Notes: a model not told the origin generated them from the letters alone. DNA of 35,086 bases from Macrostomum lignano (GCA_002269645.1 NIVC01004783.1:1-35086), one strand, 5' to 3'; counted from the first letter of the stretch, positions 1 through 12,572 are shown. Numbers and translations: made by a program.

Positions 1-3000
1 TCGCAGTCAAACGTCGGATCGTCTCTTGCGGCGCTGGCGTCGGCGTCGGATTGGTCGACGAAGGCGAAGTCGAGGACGCCTCTTCCAGACTGCGACGTTG
101 TCTCGTGCCGTGAGTCTCACTAAACGCTAGAATTATCGCCAAGTTCGTTGCTGTTGATGCTGTTGAAGATATTGACCTCGTGCTGGTTCTCTAGCAGCGT
201 CAGAGGAGGTTTCGCCAGTCGCACGGCCATGTTGGGCCTCCAGCGGTTGGCACTCGCGGTCTTGGTTTCCAATAAAGCCTTCGGCATCGTCGGAGGTAAA
301 CGGCAGCCCGGCAGGTATTGGCTCACACCGGTCAGAGTCGCCGACCTCTGTGGCGTGCGACCAGGCCAGGGCGTTTTCAGGAAAGTACAGCAGCAGGTGG
401 CCCCGGTCGGTCACTAGGGGCACGCGGATGGAGATGCTGAGGCCGCGGATTGCCGCTGCCGGCCGCGTGGACGCCAGCAGCTCGAATGTCTGCTGCAGGC
501 CCGGCCAACCACGGATGCGGCGGTAGCTCCACTTAACGCCATCAATTTCGCCTCGTTTATGCTTTTTGACTGTCGGGCGTCGGCAATCATGGACTCGTCT
601 GTGGCTGAGAGCAGCGAAGGCTGACGCTGGTGTTGAAGGTGATTGACAGTTCGGCCCAATTATTCATCAGCTCACCGTCGCGGGTCACGAAGTCCTGATA
701 GCCGGCGATGTCGCCAAGCAGGTTTAACAGGCGGAAGCCGACCGATAGGCGGTGCGACGGCCGTCGAAATTCAGCCGCAGCGTCACCTCTATCTGGCCGC
801 GGCCATTGCGGGTTAGGACGTCGGGCGGGTCGGGGAACGGCTCGGTCAGCAGCACCTCTTTGTGCTGGCTAAAGTAGCGAGCCTCGCTCACAGACTCGTT
901 TCCGCGCCGGCCAAAGGTTTTTGTTCGCAGAGTGACCGCATCGAGCACATGGACGCCGTCGCTGGGGTCAACCGGATTGCCATTCCACCGTAGTAAGGGT
1001 AGCTGCTCTGCTTGCGAATCCGTAGAGTCACCTGGAGCTGTTGGTAACTGTTCAGCAGAATTGACGGTTTGCCGAGCAGCTCCAAACGGATGTTGCCGGT
1101 GGGATTGCAGTTGAAACCAAAATCGGGATCGCAGACGCCGGTCTTAAATTTGTAGAGCGCACTGAAAAGACGTCCTCATAGCCTGGGAAGACCCGCCGAC
1201 CCTGCAGAACGGCCGGAAAGAAGCCGCTAGAGCTGCCAGTCACGATCACCCTGTCGGTCATGCCGCCAGTGCATCAGTAGGACGAGATCACGCAGCATGC
1301 CATCCGGTGAGGAATGCCGCTGATTATTCGGCAGCGGCCTGAGCCGGAACATCAACGTGAACTGGATCGTGTCGGCCGACTTGCCCGGCACTCGGGTCAG
1401 CTCGCACCAGCCGTCCGCACCGGGCTTCACCGCCGACGGGCAGTCGATCAGTTCGATTAGGAAACGTCGCTGCTGCTCGGTGCTGGCCAGCTCTTCTGGC
1501 CGCACGCGCAGGTTAAACTGGTAGTTGGACAGGTCAAGCAGCGTCAACGCCAGCCTTCGTGTGCATGCGGATGGTGGCCCAATGGGCCGGGACAGTTGAC
1601 TGCTGAACGAGTGCATCATAATGTCTGTTTTGAACACCTCGTCGATTGTAGCGTTGACGTAGTGGAAGTCGATTGCAGTAATCAGCAGCAGGCGGCCGGG
1701 CAGGACAACAGCGTGGTGGCTGGAGATGGCGCCAACCACCAGCTCGCTGACCGTATTGTTGTCCAGGTCCGGGGCCAGGGCGAGGCTCCAACCAAATCCG
1801 GTGATGTTCGGCTCAAGCGAGCTCAGGTCAGCGGCGTTGACAATCTCGAATGGCTGCAGCTCTGCAGTTGGGTTGGCGTAGTTGGGCATACCCAGGAACA
1901 GGTACACTGCCGGTACCGTTTACTCCGCAGCCGGGGCAGCCCACGGCGAAGTCTTCAATGTCGTCGTAGTTGACGTCGCCGATACCGACAACGTCGGTTC
2001 CTAAACGACCGCCTCGCTCGCGCCGCAATAGCGCGCAGGCGTCGAAGAAACTCTGTCAATCGGCTTACCGAGTGTTTCGAGTGTCAAAACAAAGATGCAG
2101 CCGCGGTCGAGACCTTCGGCGCCGAGGCCATCGGAGTGAAACGGGGCGCCGAGTAGCACCGCCTTTCGCTTTGTCTGCAGCGATTCGCTTATCACGGCGC
2201 TTGAGTAGCCCAGGTAGTTAAACGAACGGTATAGATAGTCGTAGAACGGCTGTCCCATCCTAGCCTCGATGGACTTGGCTTTGACCTCGCCGGGCCTCAG
2301 CCAGGCTAGCAGAGTGTCGCTTTTCTCATGGAAGAACGGCGAGGTGGCGTAGACAACCCCACTGTCCGGGTCGGTGGCCAGCGAGTAGCCCAGGTAATTC
2401 TTTTTTAATTCGTTGAGTTCAACCTCTGTCGGCTTCGAGTCAAACACGCCGCTTTGCACAGACAGAGAGGCGCTGTCGTTTTTTACAAAAAATGCCAAGC
2501 GCTGCATCATGCAGAACGGACCGGACACTGTCAGCTGGGTTTGGCTTGAGTTCCCTGGAACCTTGGCCAGTGCCGCCTGGAAGCCGCCCAGACAGTTACC
2601 GTAATTTTTGTCATCCTTGGAGCTGGCCATGTAGGGGAAGAATTTCTGCAGCCAGATCGGCTCTGCGCTGGACGAACGCCAGTAGCCGCACAGGCCCGGC
2701 GTGGCCGTCAAGTTGAACGCCGGACTAGCAAAGTTGTGCCCTGGCGCGCAGACAACAAACTGGCCGTCCGGCAGGCTGGCCAGGCTGGCGCCGAACAGCG
2801 AGAACTGGACGAAACTGTCGGAGTCGCCGACTGGTTGGCTGAACGGCAATCCGGAGCCGTCGCAGATGACGCGGCTAGTGTTGAAATCGGCGATGCTGAC
2901 GGGGCAGAGGTGGGCGGTGCCGGAGGCCGACTTGGTGGCCGGATGGTAGCCAACCGGGTCTGTCACGAGTAGATGGAAGACGTTCGCTGACTCTCCTTTG

Positions 3001-3155
3001 ATGATGGCAACCCGGTAGCCGAACAAAGACCTCGCCGCTGAGCTGCTGCTGGTGCCGGGAGACGTCGGCGCCTTGCGAATGATGGCCGACGAGGTGTGCA
3101 GAAACAGACCATCGGCTGGCTGCCAGAGCAGCAGCAATAGCAGCAACAAGCGCAT
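1..3155 (-). CDS. Integrin alpha subunit (no I-domain), apparently intronless; frameshifted in this sequence; C-terminus (TM and cytoplasmic tail) beyond window edge
   Basis: Signal peptide MRLLLLLLLLWQPADG. Seven FG-GAP-like propeller blades: LFGYRVAI, LFGASLA..VVCAP, CLGGFQAAL, YLGYSLAT, YLGYSSAV..LLGAPFH..GCIFVL, RLGTDVVGIGDVNYDDIEDFAVGCPG..GSVYLFLG, GFGWSLALAPDLDNNTVSELVVGA, with Ca-binding DxDxD-type loops in the last two. A thigh/genu-like CDPDFGFNC segment and a furin-type site RQRR/SLEE (nt 92-103) follow. ORFs 2001-3155, 1828-2028, 1227-1907, 1052-1261, 888-1085, 724-948 and 133-423 join across frameshifts near 2025, 1910, 1275, 1168, 1000, 745 and 600, with probably two more below 250. 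Confidence 0.88.
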
Positions 3156-6100
3156 TTATTGAACTGTGAGCCGCTTGTTGTCTCGTTGTTCTGTCAGCGA
3201 CAAGACGGCAGCATTTTGTGGCAAATGCGATTTGCGGACCGCGGCTTTCGGGCCTACTTGTTCTCTATCGTCAATAATGACAACACTTCGTCCAAAACAG
3301 CTCTTCCTTCTGTGCTTCAAAATATGTATAACTATTATGACGCCGGACAGCCAATAGGGGGAAAGCACAGGGGTGCCTGTGCGGCAGGCCAGACAGGAGT
3401 AAAGGGAAGAGAAAGAGAGAGAAGAGACGTTGTTGAACTGCAGGCCAGTGGGAATATGGAAACTGTTTGAGTGTAGGAAGGACTGAAGGAGGGTGGGACT
3501 GCAAGTGCAGGTTTAGCAGTGGTTGGACGCGGGGACCCAAGCCTTCTCATGGAACTCGCATGGAACAGTGCCTATCCACACTCTCTCATCGCACGGCGTT
3601 CAGCTGTGAACCGAAAGTACAGGGAAAGGGCGGAGTGGTGGGGTGTGAGTGTCAGAGAGACGGGCAGAGAGGGCGGGAAAGAAAAAGAGAAAGGAAGCCT
3701 GGCGAGGGGGTTGGAGGCGCCGCCCCAACACCACTGAAGCGGGATCCGAGCGGCATCTTAGGGGGAGCAGTGAATGGGGGGCGAAGTTATGTACGAATGG
3801 TTTGGAAAGAGGGTTGGGAATAAAGAGATCAAAGTATATGGAAAAGTGGCCTAGATTCCCAACCGTGGGTAGAGAGCTTACAATATTTTACTACAGTATT
3901 ATCCAGCGCATTATAATATTACTTGTCTGGGGCAAAATATAAAGAGATAAAAAGCAATATTGGCAGAGATTCATTGCTGGCTTGTTGCTTGCAGCTTGTC
4001 TTGACTTTTGACTGTTGATCCCCGAATTCGCGATCAATTCCCAAAGAATTCCTACTAAACTGTTATTGCGTACGCGCAAACAGGGAAGAAAAGAAGGGTT
4101 TGCCGACCGTGTCCCGGTTGACCTTCGTTTCCTATCCTTCTCAGAGTCTTTCCCACTACTGCCTTCCTCACCCGCTGTTAATAATTTTGTGCACACTTCT
4201 CATGCTCAGTGTCTGGCCACGTCTGCATGTCTGAGTAAAATATACAATAAGCGCAAGAACCAACCAGGCCAGCCAAGGCAACCAATTAATAACACGAAAA
4301 GCAAGCAAGAGAAGCAAGAAAAAAGCCAAAAAGGTTTTGCTGGGCTTTAGTTTTTTTCTCTTCTCGATGGTATCAGGTCAGTCTTGCAGGCAAAAAAAAA
4401 CTTGATGAAGATGCACGCTTGTTTTAAGAAGGCCCACGCTGAGGCCTGTTGAATCGAAATAACTGCTGCATGCACTGGCAGGTGTGTGTTTGTCTCAACT
4501 CTACTTATCTCTCTCTCTCTCTCGGAATGTTTTTTTAACTCAAAAGCAGAGGACAAAAAATAAAAGCAGAAAAAGATGCAAAAAGTAAGCAAAACAGTTC
4601 CAAATGAGTTACTGCTGAGAAACTGTTTTTTTACAATTCAGCTGAGACTGAGAGAACTCAGTCGAAAGAGCTCTCCCGGGCAAGGCTCTTAAGGTGTTTA
4701 AGACTTCGCTATTTTAAGTGTGAGCGAACTGCATTGAGTGAAAGCAGCAAAATTTGCTGGGCAACAAATCTACGAGAGTTATAGACTGTATTGACATTTT
4801 TCCGTCTTGCTTCTGCAATGAGTTTACTAATAGTATATATACTATAGCATAGAATAGTTCCTGCATGTACGAGCAGAGCGAAAGCTAGCATAACTCTATA
4901 GTTGAGAAAGCAAAACAGAAATTATATTGCATATTTAAATAGTCGCTTTTAGTCTGCATACTCTTGCATGTTGCCTCGAATACTGGTGCCGGCAGTGCAG
5001 GTTGCTTTTTAGGTTTGGGTTGCACGGAGACGCAATCTATAGGGACTGTTTTCTCTCTTTTTTTAAATCAGCAACTCTCCAGTGACTGTCAGCATCAGCT
5101 TCTGCTTCTACTCGTAGCTTCGTTCTGCTCTGCACACTTTTGCTGAGATGTGGAAAGCAATTTTTTAAGCCGAGCCAATCGATTTGGCGTTGCAGTCTGC
5201 GCATTTATCGACAAATCGACATGTCCGTGTAATTTGGAGGATTTCACAGCTCTGGGAAAATATTATCACTAACGATTTATAGCAAAATGGCTAGCCTTTC
5301 TAGCCCATTATTCAGTACAGATTTCATGGTTGTCTGCACTCTGCAGCGGGTCAAAAAAAATCAAATCGCGCAGATTTTACGAAAAAAACACGCTAGACAT
5401 TTTCGATTGACTACGCGTGCAGGGGAATGCCATTGCCTCACACTTGTGGGGTGCTCCTGTCATTGCTGCATGCTAGAGAGGAATGACGCTCGTGTAAAGT
5501 CCGTAAGAACACTGGGGACCGATCGTTGATCAGACTACATGTACACTAAATTAAAAACAAAAAATAGACTCATTCCTATGTACGTTCACCCAACTTAATT
5601 GTAAGTCTTATCAGTCAATCGACCCCTTTACGAGGTGGTTCCTGATTGGGCAAGTCTTTCCACCTTTCTTTGCTGCCTAGCGCATGTACATTTAGCCTTT
5701 TCTAGCATGTACATTCAATCCACAACCTTCCCTAATCGTATGTACACTCCGCCTGTGTGTAAATTCAGCCCCTACCGTTCCACAAAGATCTATCAACCCG
5801 CCTCCCCAATTTCTCTTAACCACAGAGGACAAATAATTCTCATTCGGATGACGAAAGAGAATTTTTCTGCCTTTAAAATGCATCTTGGCATTCCAGAGAA
5901 ATTTCATATTCAAAGCTAGCTTAGTGGTAGGGAGGAACGTGAAAAAGTACGACTAGTTTCTCTGCTACCAATTTTTTCTGGCCAACCAGATTTGCAAAAA
6001 CGTCCGCGTAACGCGTTGGTTGCTACCAGAACTTCGTCCAGGCTTTGGCCTCCCTTTCTATCCCTGTTGACCATTGTACTTTTACGTTACGTCCAAGAGT

Positions 6101-7049
6101 CCTTAGACTAGAACTAGCGACGGCATTGCAGGCACTTTGTCTGATGAGAGACGCAACTAATCTGCGACCGCGTTTTAACAAGTGTCCAGGTAAGCCAGCT
6201 AATATAAAGTGCACAGTGTACTTAAAAAAAGCTGCATTTGAAGCAAAATGTCAACGGCGCCATTACTCTCGTATATGCCGCTTCTACACAATCTATTCGA
6301 GAATTAAGAGCAATTTTTTCTTCGAAATGTAAGCTGAAAATCTCAAGGCTGGCACTGAGACTGACAGATATTAGGCATGGATAGCTACGAAAAAGCAGAA
6401 AACTGTGGATGCTGCTGCATGGATTGCGGTAGATCCATCTATTTATGCTCTATACCCACCCATATTCAACCTCAGTACCTTCAGCCAGGGGCATCATAAA
6501 AGTTATTATTCAATCTATACAATGGTCGGGGTGGGGCTAAATTGTATATTTAATAGTTGGGTAGGTATGGAAATGAGCTGCAAGCCTAACGGCCACGAAG
6601 AGAAGCCGTTACAGTTCCTGAATTTCAGGCAATTCTAAACGATGGGCAAAGGCAGTTCAGTTAACTGGCGCAGGCAGTTTTATTATGCGTAATAAATTAT
6701 CTCGCACAAACCCAAGAGCTGTGTGAATTAATTCACAAAGGATCCGATCTGTTCAGTCACACCCGGGCTTGTGCGACATAACGCATAGTCTATCATCATT
6801 CTCTCACACACACAAAACAGGCAGAACTGTCTTTGAATTAGCCATATGTACGAGCATACATATTGTATGCATTGTATTGTAGGGTTACTGTTAATTAATT
6901 ATTTATCAGAATGGACCCGGGTGAAGCAGACTGCGAAAATGGGCGAAGTTAGGTGGATCAGATATAGCTAGTAAAAAGACCACTCTGATCAGTTCCGCGG
7001 GTGGGGCTCTTGGCAGGACGTAGTCAGGGGGCAAGGAGGGCCACCTCCA

Positions 7050-7425
7050 TTTCCAGCAGGCTTGGTGCACCCTCCCTTTCCAGCAGGCTTGGTGCCCCCC
7101 CCTTTCCAGCAGGCTTGGTGCCCCTCCCCCTTTCCAGCAGGCTTGGTGCCCCCCCCCCTTTCCAGCAGGCTTGGTGCCCCCCTTTCCAGCAGGCTTGGTG
7201 CCCCCCTTTCCAGCAGGCTTGGTGCGCCCCCTTCCAGCAGGCTTGGTGCGCCCCCTTCCAGCAGGCTTGGTGCCCCCCCCTTTCCAGCAGGCTTGGTGCC
7301 CCCCCCTTTCCAGCAGGCTTGGTGCCCCCCCTTTCCAGCAGGCTTGGTGCCCCCTTTCTAGCAGGCTTGGTGCCCCCCCTTTCTAGCAGGCTTGGTGCCC
7401 CCCCCCCTTTCTAGCAGGCTTGGTG
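7050..7425. repeat. Minisatellite, core TTTCCAGCAGGCTTGGTG plus C4-C9 run, about 15 copies
   Basis: Directly visible tandem units; explains repetitive ORFs 7001-7414, 7062-7361 and 7171-7386. Confidence 0.95.
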
Positions 7426-8719
7426 CTCTACCCCTTGCCAGACTGCTACTGCTTGCTAGCTATAGAATATGAGTAATAGTACTCTGACTGCGAGCTAGCT
7501 GGCCAGTGTATTAAGAGATTGATCGACCAGACAGACGGTGGGAGGATGGAGAGAGGAGAAAGGGCAATGACTGGATGGGAAAACATCCTCAGTAAACTTG
7601 ATCGATTAGCTCTCAAGCCGCAGTGTTCTGTCTGTCTGTGATCTGGTCCGCTTCAATTATTCTGTTTTTTTTCGCATTTCCTAGAAATCGGAAGCAATCT
7701 GGCCTAAAAGCTAAAGCAGAGCTCAGTGGGCAGCTGCCCAAATCCCGTGACTGGCCTAGGAAAGTCGAGGCCGTTGTACACCCTGCGAGAGCACCCTCCT
7801 CGCTGGCTGCTAGAGCATTGCAGTTCGCTCTACCCATGCTGAATATTGGATGATGAAGAAGAGAGGAAAGCATGTCTGATCACGATCCAGTTTCATCTGC
7901 CATAACTATGCAAATCCCATGTGAGAATATTACGCAGCTGTTATTTTTTCAACAGGACTCTCTCATTAGCGACGTACGGAGGCCTCATTAGCAGAAAGAG
8001 CTTTTTAATGGTCGCAAGAGAGTATGCAGATGAGAATGACGGACATGACTGACATGCGTCAGGGGGTCATTAATGTCTTGTAAGCTCTATCTATAGTTCT
8101 GCTCCCTCTGTGACTGACAGCAGTGCAACAAGATGCCAGGGCCAAAAATTATGAATATCATATTTCAAATTCATATTTACGAGCTCTGAAATATAAAATC
8201 TGTTGAATTTGTTACGCGTAGGAATAAGCTGGTATCGGCCTTGATTCTGGATATGATGAAGCTACTTGTTTGCTGTCACTCACTGTACAGTATATAGCCT
8301 GACTCGATAAAATTTATGATTATAGATTTTTGAGTAACGCGACATATCGGCTTAAGCCTCAGGCTTAAGAGGTTAGCCTTAATTCTGACTTACTGATAAA
8401 ATATGAGCAAATATTTATTGCCAGCTGGCGAGTTGGTGAAAGATTGACAGCGCTATACCGGTATACTGCAGAGGGCAAAGCAAACTGTTACCTGATGATT
8501 AAATCTAAATAGTAGTGCGATTATTGGCTTAGCTTGGCGGCTGATCAAATACTCGTATGTACCTAATATTGAATGATTATTATCAAAAAGAATTATAAAG
8601 AAGCGTGAGGAGATTGGACTGAAGAGGAAAAAGGGGAAAGAGAGAGAATAAAAAGGACAGCGAGAAAAGATGAAATAAATAAAGGATGTCTGAAGGGAAA
8701 CTAAGGATGAATAGAAAGG

Positions 8720-9745
8720 ATAAAGAAGGGAGGGATGGAAGGGAGAGATAAAGGGAGTAATAGAAGGGAGAGATGAAGGGAGTAATGGAAGGGAGAGATG
8801 AAGGGAGTAATAGAAGGGAGAGATGAAGGGAGTAATAGAAGGGAGAGATGAAGGGAGTAATAGAAGGGAGAGATGAAGGGAGTAATGGAAGGGAGAGATG
8901 AAGGGAGGAATGAAGGGAGGAATGAAGGGAGGAATGATGGGAGGAATGAAGGGAGGGATAAAGGGAGGATGAAGGGAGGAATGATGGGAGGGATGAAGGG
9001 AGGAATGACGGGAGGAATGAAGGGAGGGATAAAGGGAGGATGAAGGGAGGAATGAAGGGAAGGATGAAGGGAGGAATGAAGGGAGGAATAAAGGGAGGAT
9101 GAAGGGAGGAATGAAGGGAAGGATGAAGGGAGGAATGAAGAGAGGAATAAAGGGAGGATGAAGGGAGGAATGAAGGGAAGGATGAAGGGAGGAATGAAGG
9201 GAGGGATAAAGGGAGGATGAAGGGAGGGATGAAGGGAGGAATGAAGGGAGGAATGAAGGGAGGAATGAAGGGAGGGATAAAGGGAGGATGAAGGGAGGGA
9301 TGAAGGGAGGAATGAAGGGAGGGATGAAGGGAGGAATGAAGGGAGGGATAAAGGGAGGATGAAGGGAGGGATGAAGGGAGGAATGAAGGGAGGGATGAAG
9401 GGAGGAATGAAGGGAGGGATAAAGGGAGGATGAAGGGAGGGATGAAGGGAGGAATGAAGGGAGGGATGAAGGAGGAATGAAGGGAGGGATGAAGGGAGGA
9501 ATGAAGGGAGGGATGAAGGGAGGAATGAAGGGAGGGATAAAGGGAGGATGAAGGGAGGGATGAAGGGAGGAATGAAGGGAGGGATGAAGGGAGGAATGAA
9601 GGGAGGGATGAAGGGAGGAATGAAGGGAGGGATAAAGGGAGGATGAAGGGAGGGATGAAGGGAGGAATGAAGGGAGGGATGAAGGGAGGAATGAAGGGAG
9701 GAATGAAGGGAGGAATGAAGGGAGGGATGAAGGGAGGAATGAAGA
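8720..9745. repeat. Purine-rich tandem array (GAAGGGAGGAAT/GAAGGGAGGGAT 12-mers; about 25-bp variant unit at left end)
   Basis: About 1 kb nearly free of C on the plus strand; explains the PSFLPSS/PPFI ORFs on the minus strand. Confidence 0.95.
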
Positions 9746-10480
9746 TAAAACATACGAGCTCGTAGAAAAGGAAAGTAAAAGGTGGAAAAGAGAAGGTGAT
9801 ACGAGGCAACTAAGGAATACAATTACGACTGTATGAAGAGAGAGAACGTGAGCTGACAGACAGTTGTCCGTTGAACGCCTGAACAGACAGTATACGGGTA
9901 AGCGTCTCAAGTTAATTGAATAGCCAAAAGACTCATTCATTGGTTGAAAGTATGCAATAGAAAGAAAGCAGTGCAGGGCCCGCCTGCTTGCTGTTTGACG
10001 AGCTGAATTATCTGTTATTACTATGGAAAGTGAAGGAGTGAAGGAATTCGACACAAGTTATAAGCATGAATTACGCATATAGTTACTGGCAGCCCTGGCA
10101 GCCACTTGATTTGGTCGTTCAAGACAAATCGGGGAGAAAAAATCGCGGTTAGAAAATCCTAGGAGAGGAAGAGATCCGCATCGCCATGACTATATAAGCT
10201 TTTCTTTGCTATCTAAGTTTCTAAATGCCGAAATTGCTTCTGCAGTTCCTTGCCCCTGGATCGGCCTACAGAAGTTAAAAGTACCCACCGATCGCCAGGA
10301 TGGAAGCGGGAGAGAGAGGATAAAGATAGAACACTGGAAGCTGATGGAGTGCCCACACTTCTCTTCCCACTGTTGTAACCGGGCGCTTTATAGCAAACTT
10401 GTCAAGCATTCGCTGATGCGAGTGCTGCAATTCGCTGCTGACCTTGCTTGCTGGCTAAAGGAGAATCAGACTGAAGCTCG

Positions 10481-12572
10481 GGCTAGCAGTGGACAGGGAG
10501 TTGCTACTGAAGAGGCTAGCAGTGGACAGGGAGTTGCTACTGAAGAGGCTAGCAGTGGACAGGGAGCTGCTACTGAAGAGGCTAGCAGTGGACAGGGAGT
10601 TGCTACTGAAGAGGCTAGCAGTGGACAGGGAGCTGCTACTGAAGAGGCTAGCAGTGGACAGGGAGCTGCTACTGAAGAGGCTAGCAGTGGACAGGGAGCT
10701 GCTACTGAAGAGGCTAGCAGTGGACAGGGAGCTGCTACTGAAGAGGCTGGCAGTGGACAGGGAGTTGCTACTGAAGAGGCTAGCAGTGGACAGGGAGCTG
10801 CTACTGAAGAGGCTAGCAGTGGACAGGGAGTTGCTACTGAAGAGGCTAGCAGTGGACAGGGAGCTGCTACTGAAGAGGCTAGCAGTGGACAGGGAGTTGC
10901 TACTGAAGAGGCTAGCAGTGGACAGGGAGTTGCTACTGAAGAGGCTAGCAGTGGACAGGGAGCTGCTACTGAAGAGGCTAGCAGTGGACAGGGAGTTGCT
11001 ACTGAAGAGGCTAGCAGTGGACAGGGAGCTGCTACTGAAGAGGCTAGGAGTGGACAGGGAGCTGCTACTGAAGAGGCTAGCAGTGGACAGGGAGTTGCTA
11101 CTGAAGAGGCTAGCAGTGGACAGGGAGCTGCTACTGAAGAGGCTAGCAGTGGACAGGCAGTTGCTACTGAAGAGGCTAGCAGTGGACAGGGAGTTGCTAC
11201 TGAAGAGGCTAGCAGTGGACAGGGAGTTGCCACTGAAGAGGCTAGCAGTGGACAGGGAGCTGCTACTGAAGAGGCTGGCAGTGAACAGGGAGTTGCCACA
11301 TTAAAGAGGCTGGCAGTGGACAGGGAGTTGCTACTGAAGAGGCTAGCAGTGGACAGGGAGCTGCTACTGAAGAGGCTAGCAGTGGACAGGGAGCTGCTAC
11401 TGAAGAGGCTGGCAGTGGACAGGGAGCTGCTACTGAAGAGGCTAGCAGTGGACAGGGAGCTGCTACTGAAGAGGCTGGCAGTGGACAGGGAGTTGCTACT
11501 GAAGAGGCTAGCTGTGGACAGGGAGTTGCTACTGAAGAGGCTAGCAGTGGACAGGGAGTTGCCACTGAAGAGGCTAGCAGTGGACAGGGAGTTGCTACTG
11601 AAGAGGCTAGCAGTGGACAGGGAGTTGCTACTGAAGAGGCTAGCAGTGGACAGGGAGTTGCTACTGAAGAGGCTAGCAGTGGACAGGGAGTTGCTACTGA
11701 AGAGGCTAGCAGTGGACAGGGAGTTGCTACTGAAGAGGCTAGCAGTGGACAGGGAGCTGCTACTGAAGAGGCTAGCAGTGGACAGGGAGCTGCTATACTG
11801 AAGAGGCTAGCAGTGGACAGGGAGTTGCTACTGAAGAGGCTAGCAGTGAACAGGGAGTTGCTACTGAAGAGGCTGGCAGTGGACAGGGAGCTGCTATATA
11901 AAGAGGCTAGCAGTGGACAGGGAGTTGCTACACTGAAGAGGCTGGCAGTGGACAGGGAGCTGCTATATTAAAGAGGCTGGCAGTGGACAGGGAGTTGCTA
12001 TATTAAAGAGGCTGGCAGTGGACAGGGAGTTGCCATATTAAAGAGGCTGGCAGTGGACAGGGAGTTGCTATATTAAAGAGGCTGGCAGTGGACAGGGAGT
12101 TGCCATATTAAAGAGGCTAGCAGTGGACAGGGAGTTGCTACTGAAGAGGCTAGCAGTGGACAGGGAGTTGCTACTGAAGACGTTAGCAGTGGACAGGGAG
12201 CTGCTATACTGAAGAGGCTAGCGGTGGACAGGGAGTTGCTACTGAAGAGGCTAGCAGTGGACAGGGAGTTGGTAATGAAGAGGCTAGCAGTGGACAGGGA
12301 GTTGCTATACTGAAGAGGCTAGCAGTGGACAGGCAGTTGCTACTGAAGAGGCTAGCAGTGGACAGGGAGCTGCTATACTGAAGAGGCTAGCAGTGGACAG
12401 GCAGTTGCTACTGAAGAGGCTAGCAGTGGACAGGGAGCTGCTATACTGAAGAGGCTAGCAGTGGACAGGGAGTTGCTATACTGAAGAGGCTAGCAGTGGA
12501 CAGGGAGTTGCTATACTGAAGAGGCTAGCAGTGGACAGGAAGTTGCTACTGAAGAGGCTAGCAGTGGACAGG
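10481..12572. repeat. 33-bp minisatellite GAAGAGGCTAGCAGTGGACAGGGAG(T/C)TGCTACT, about 63 copies, with 35-bp variants in the right half
   Basis: Visible tandem units; 11-aa periodic ORFs in several frames; AT-insertion variants from about 11290 onward. Confidence 0.97.

Noticed and set aside
120-2030. Programmed ribosomal frameshifting or RNA editing to restore the integrin
   Set aside because: Too many shifts, in mixed directions and without slippery heptamers or stimulators; assembly error or decay is simpler.
3156-3170. Spliced-leader trans-splice acceptors (AG 7-9 nt before the ATG of all three genes)
   Set aside because: AG near an ATG is common by chance and the pyrimidine tracts are weak; needs SL-containing reads.
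8453-10054. 533, 408 and 373 aa minus-strand ORFs (PSFLPSS, PPFI, HSSL repeats)
   Set aside because: All three frames are open only because the pyrimidine-rich strand lacks stop codons; no domain, splice or codon evidence.
10206-11801. 531-aa (EEASSGQGAAT)n ORF as a structural or adhesive protein
   Set aside because: Non-ATG start, unrecognisable leader, several frames open, non-synonymous unit variants, and frame-breaking 35-bp units.
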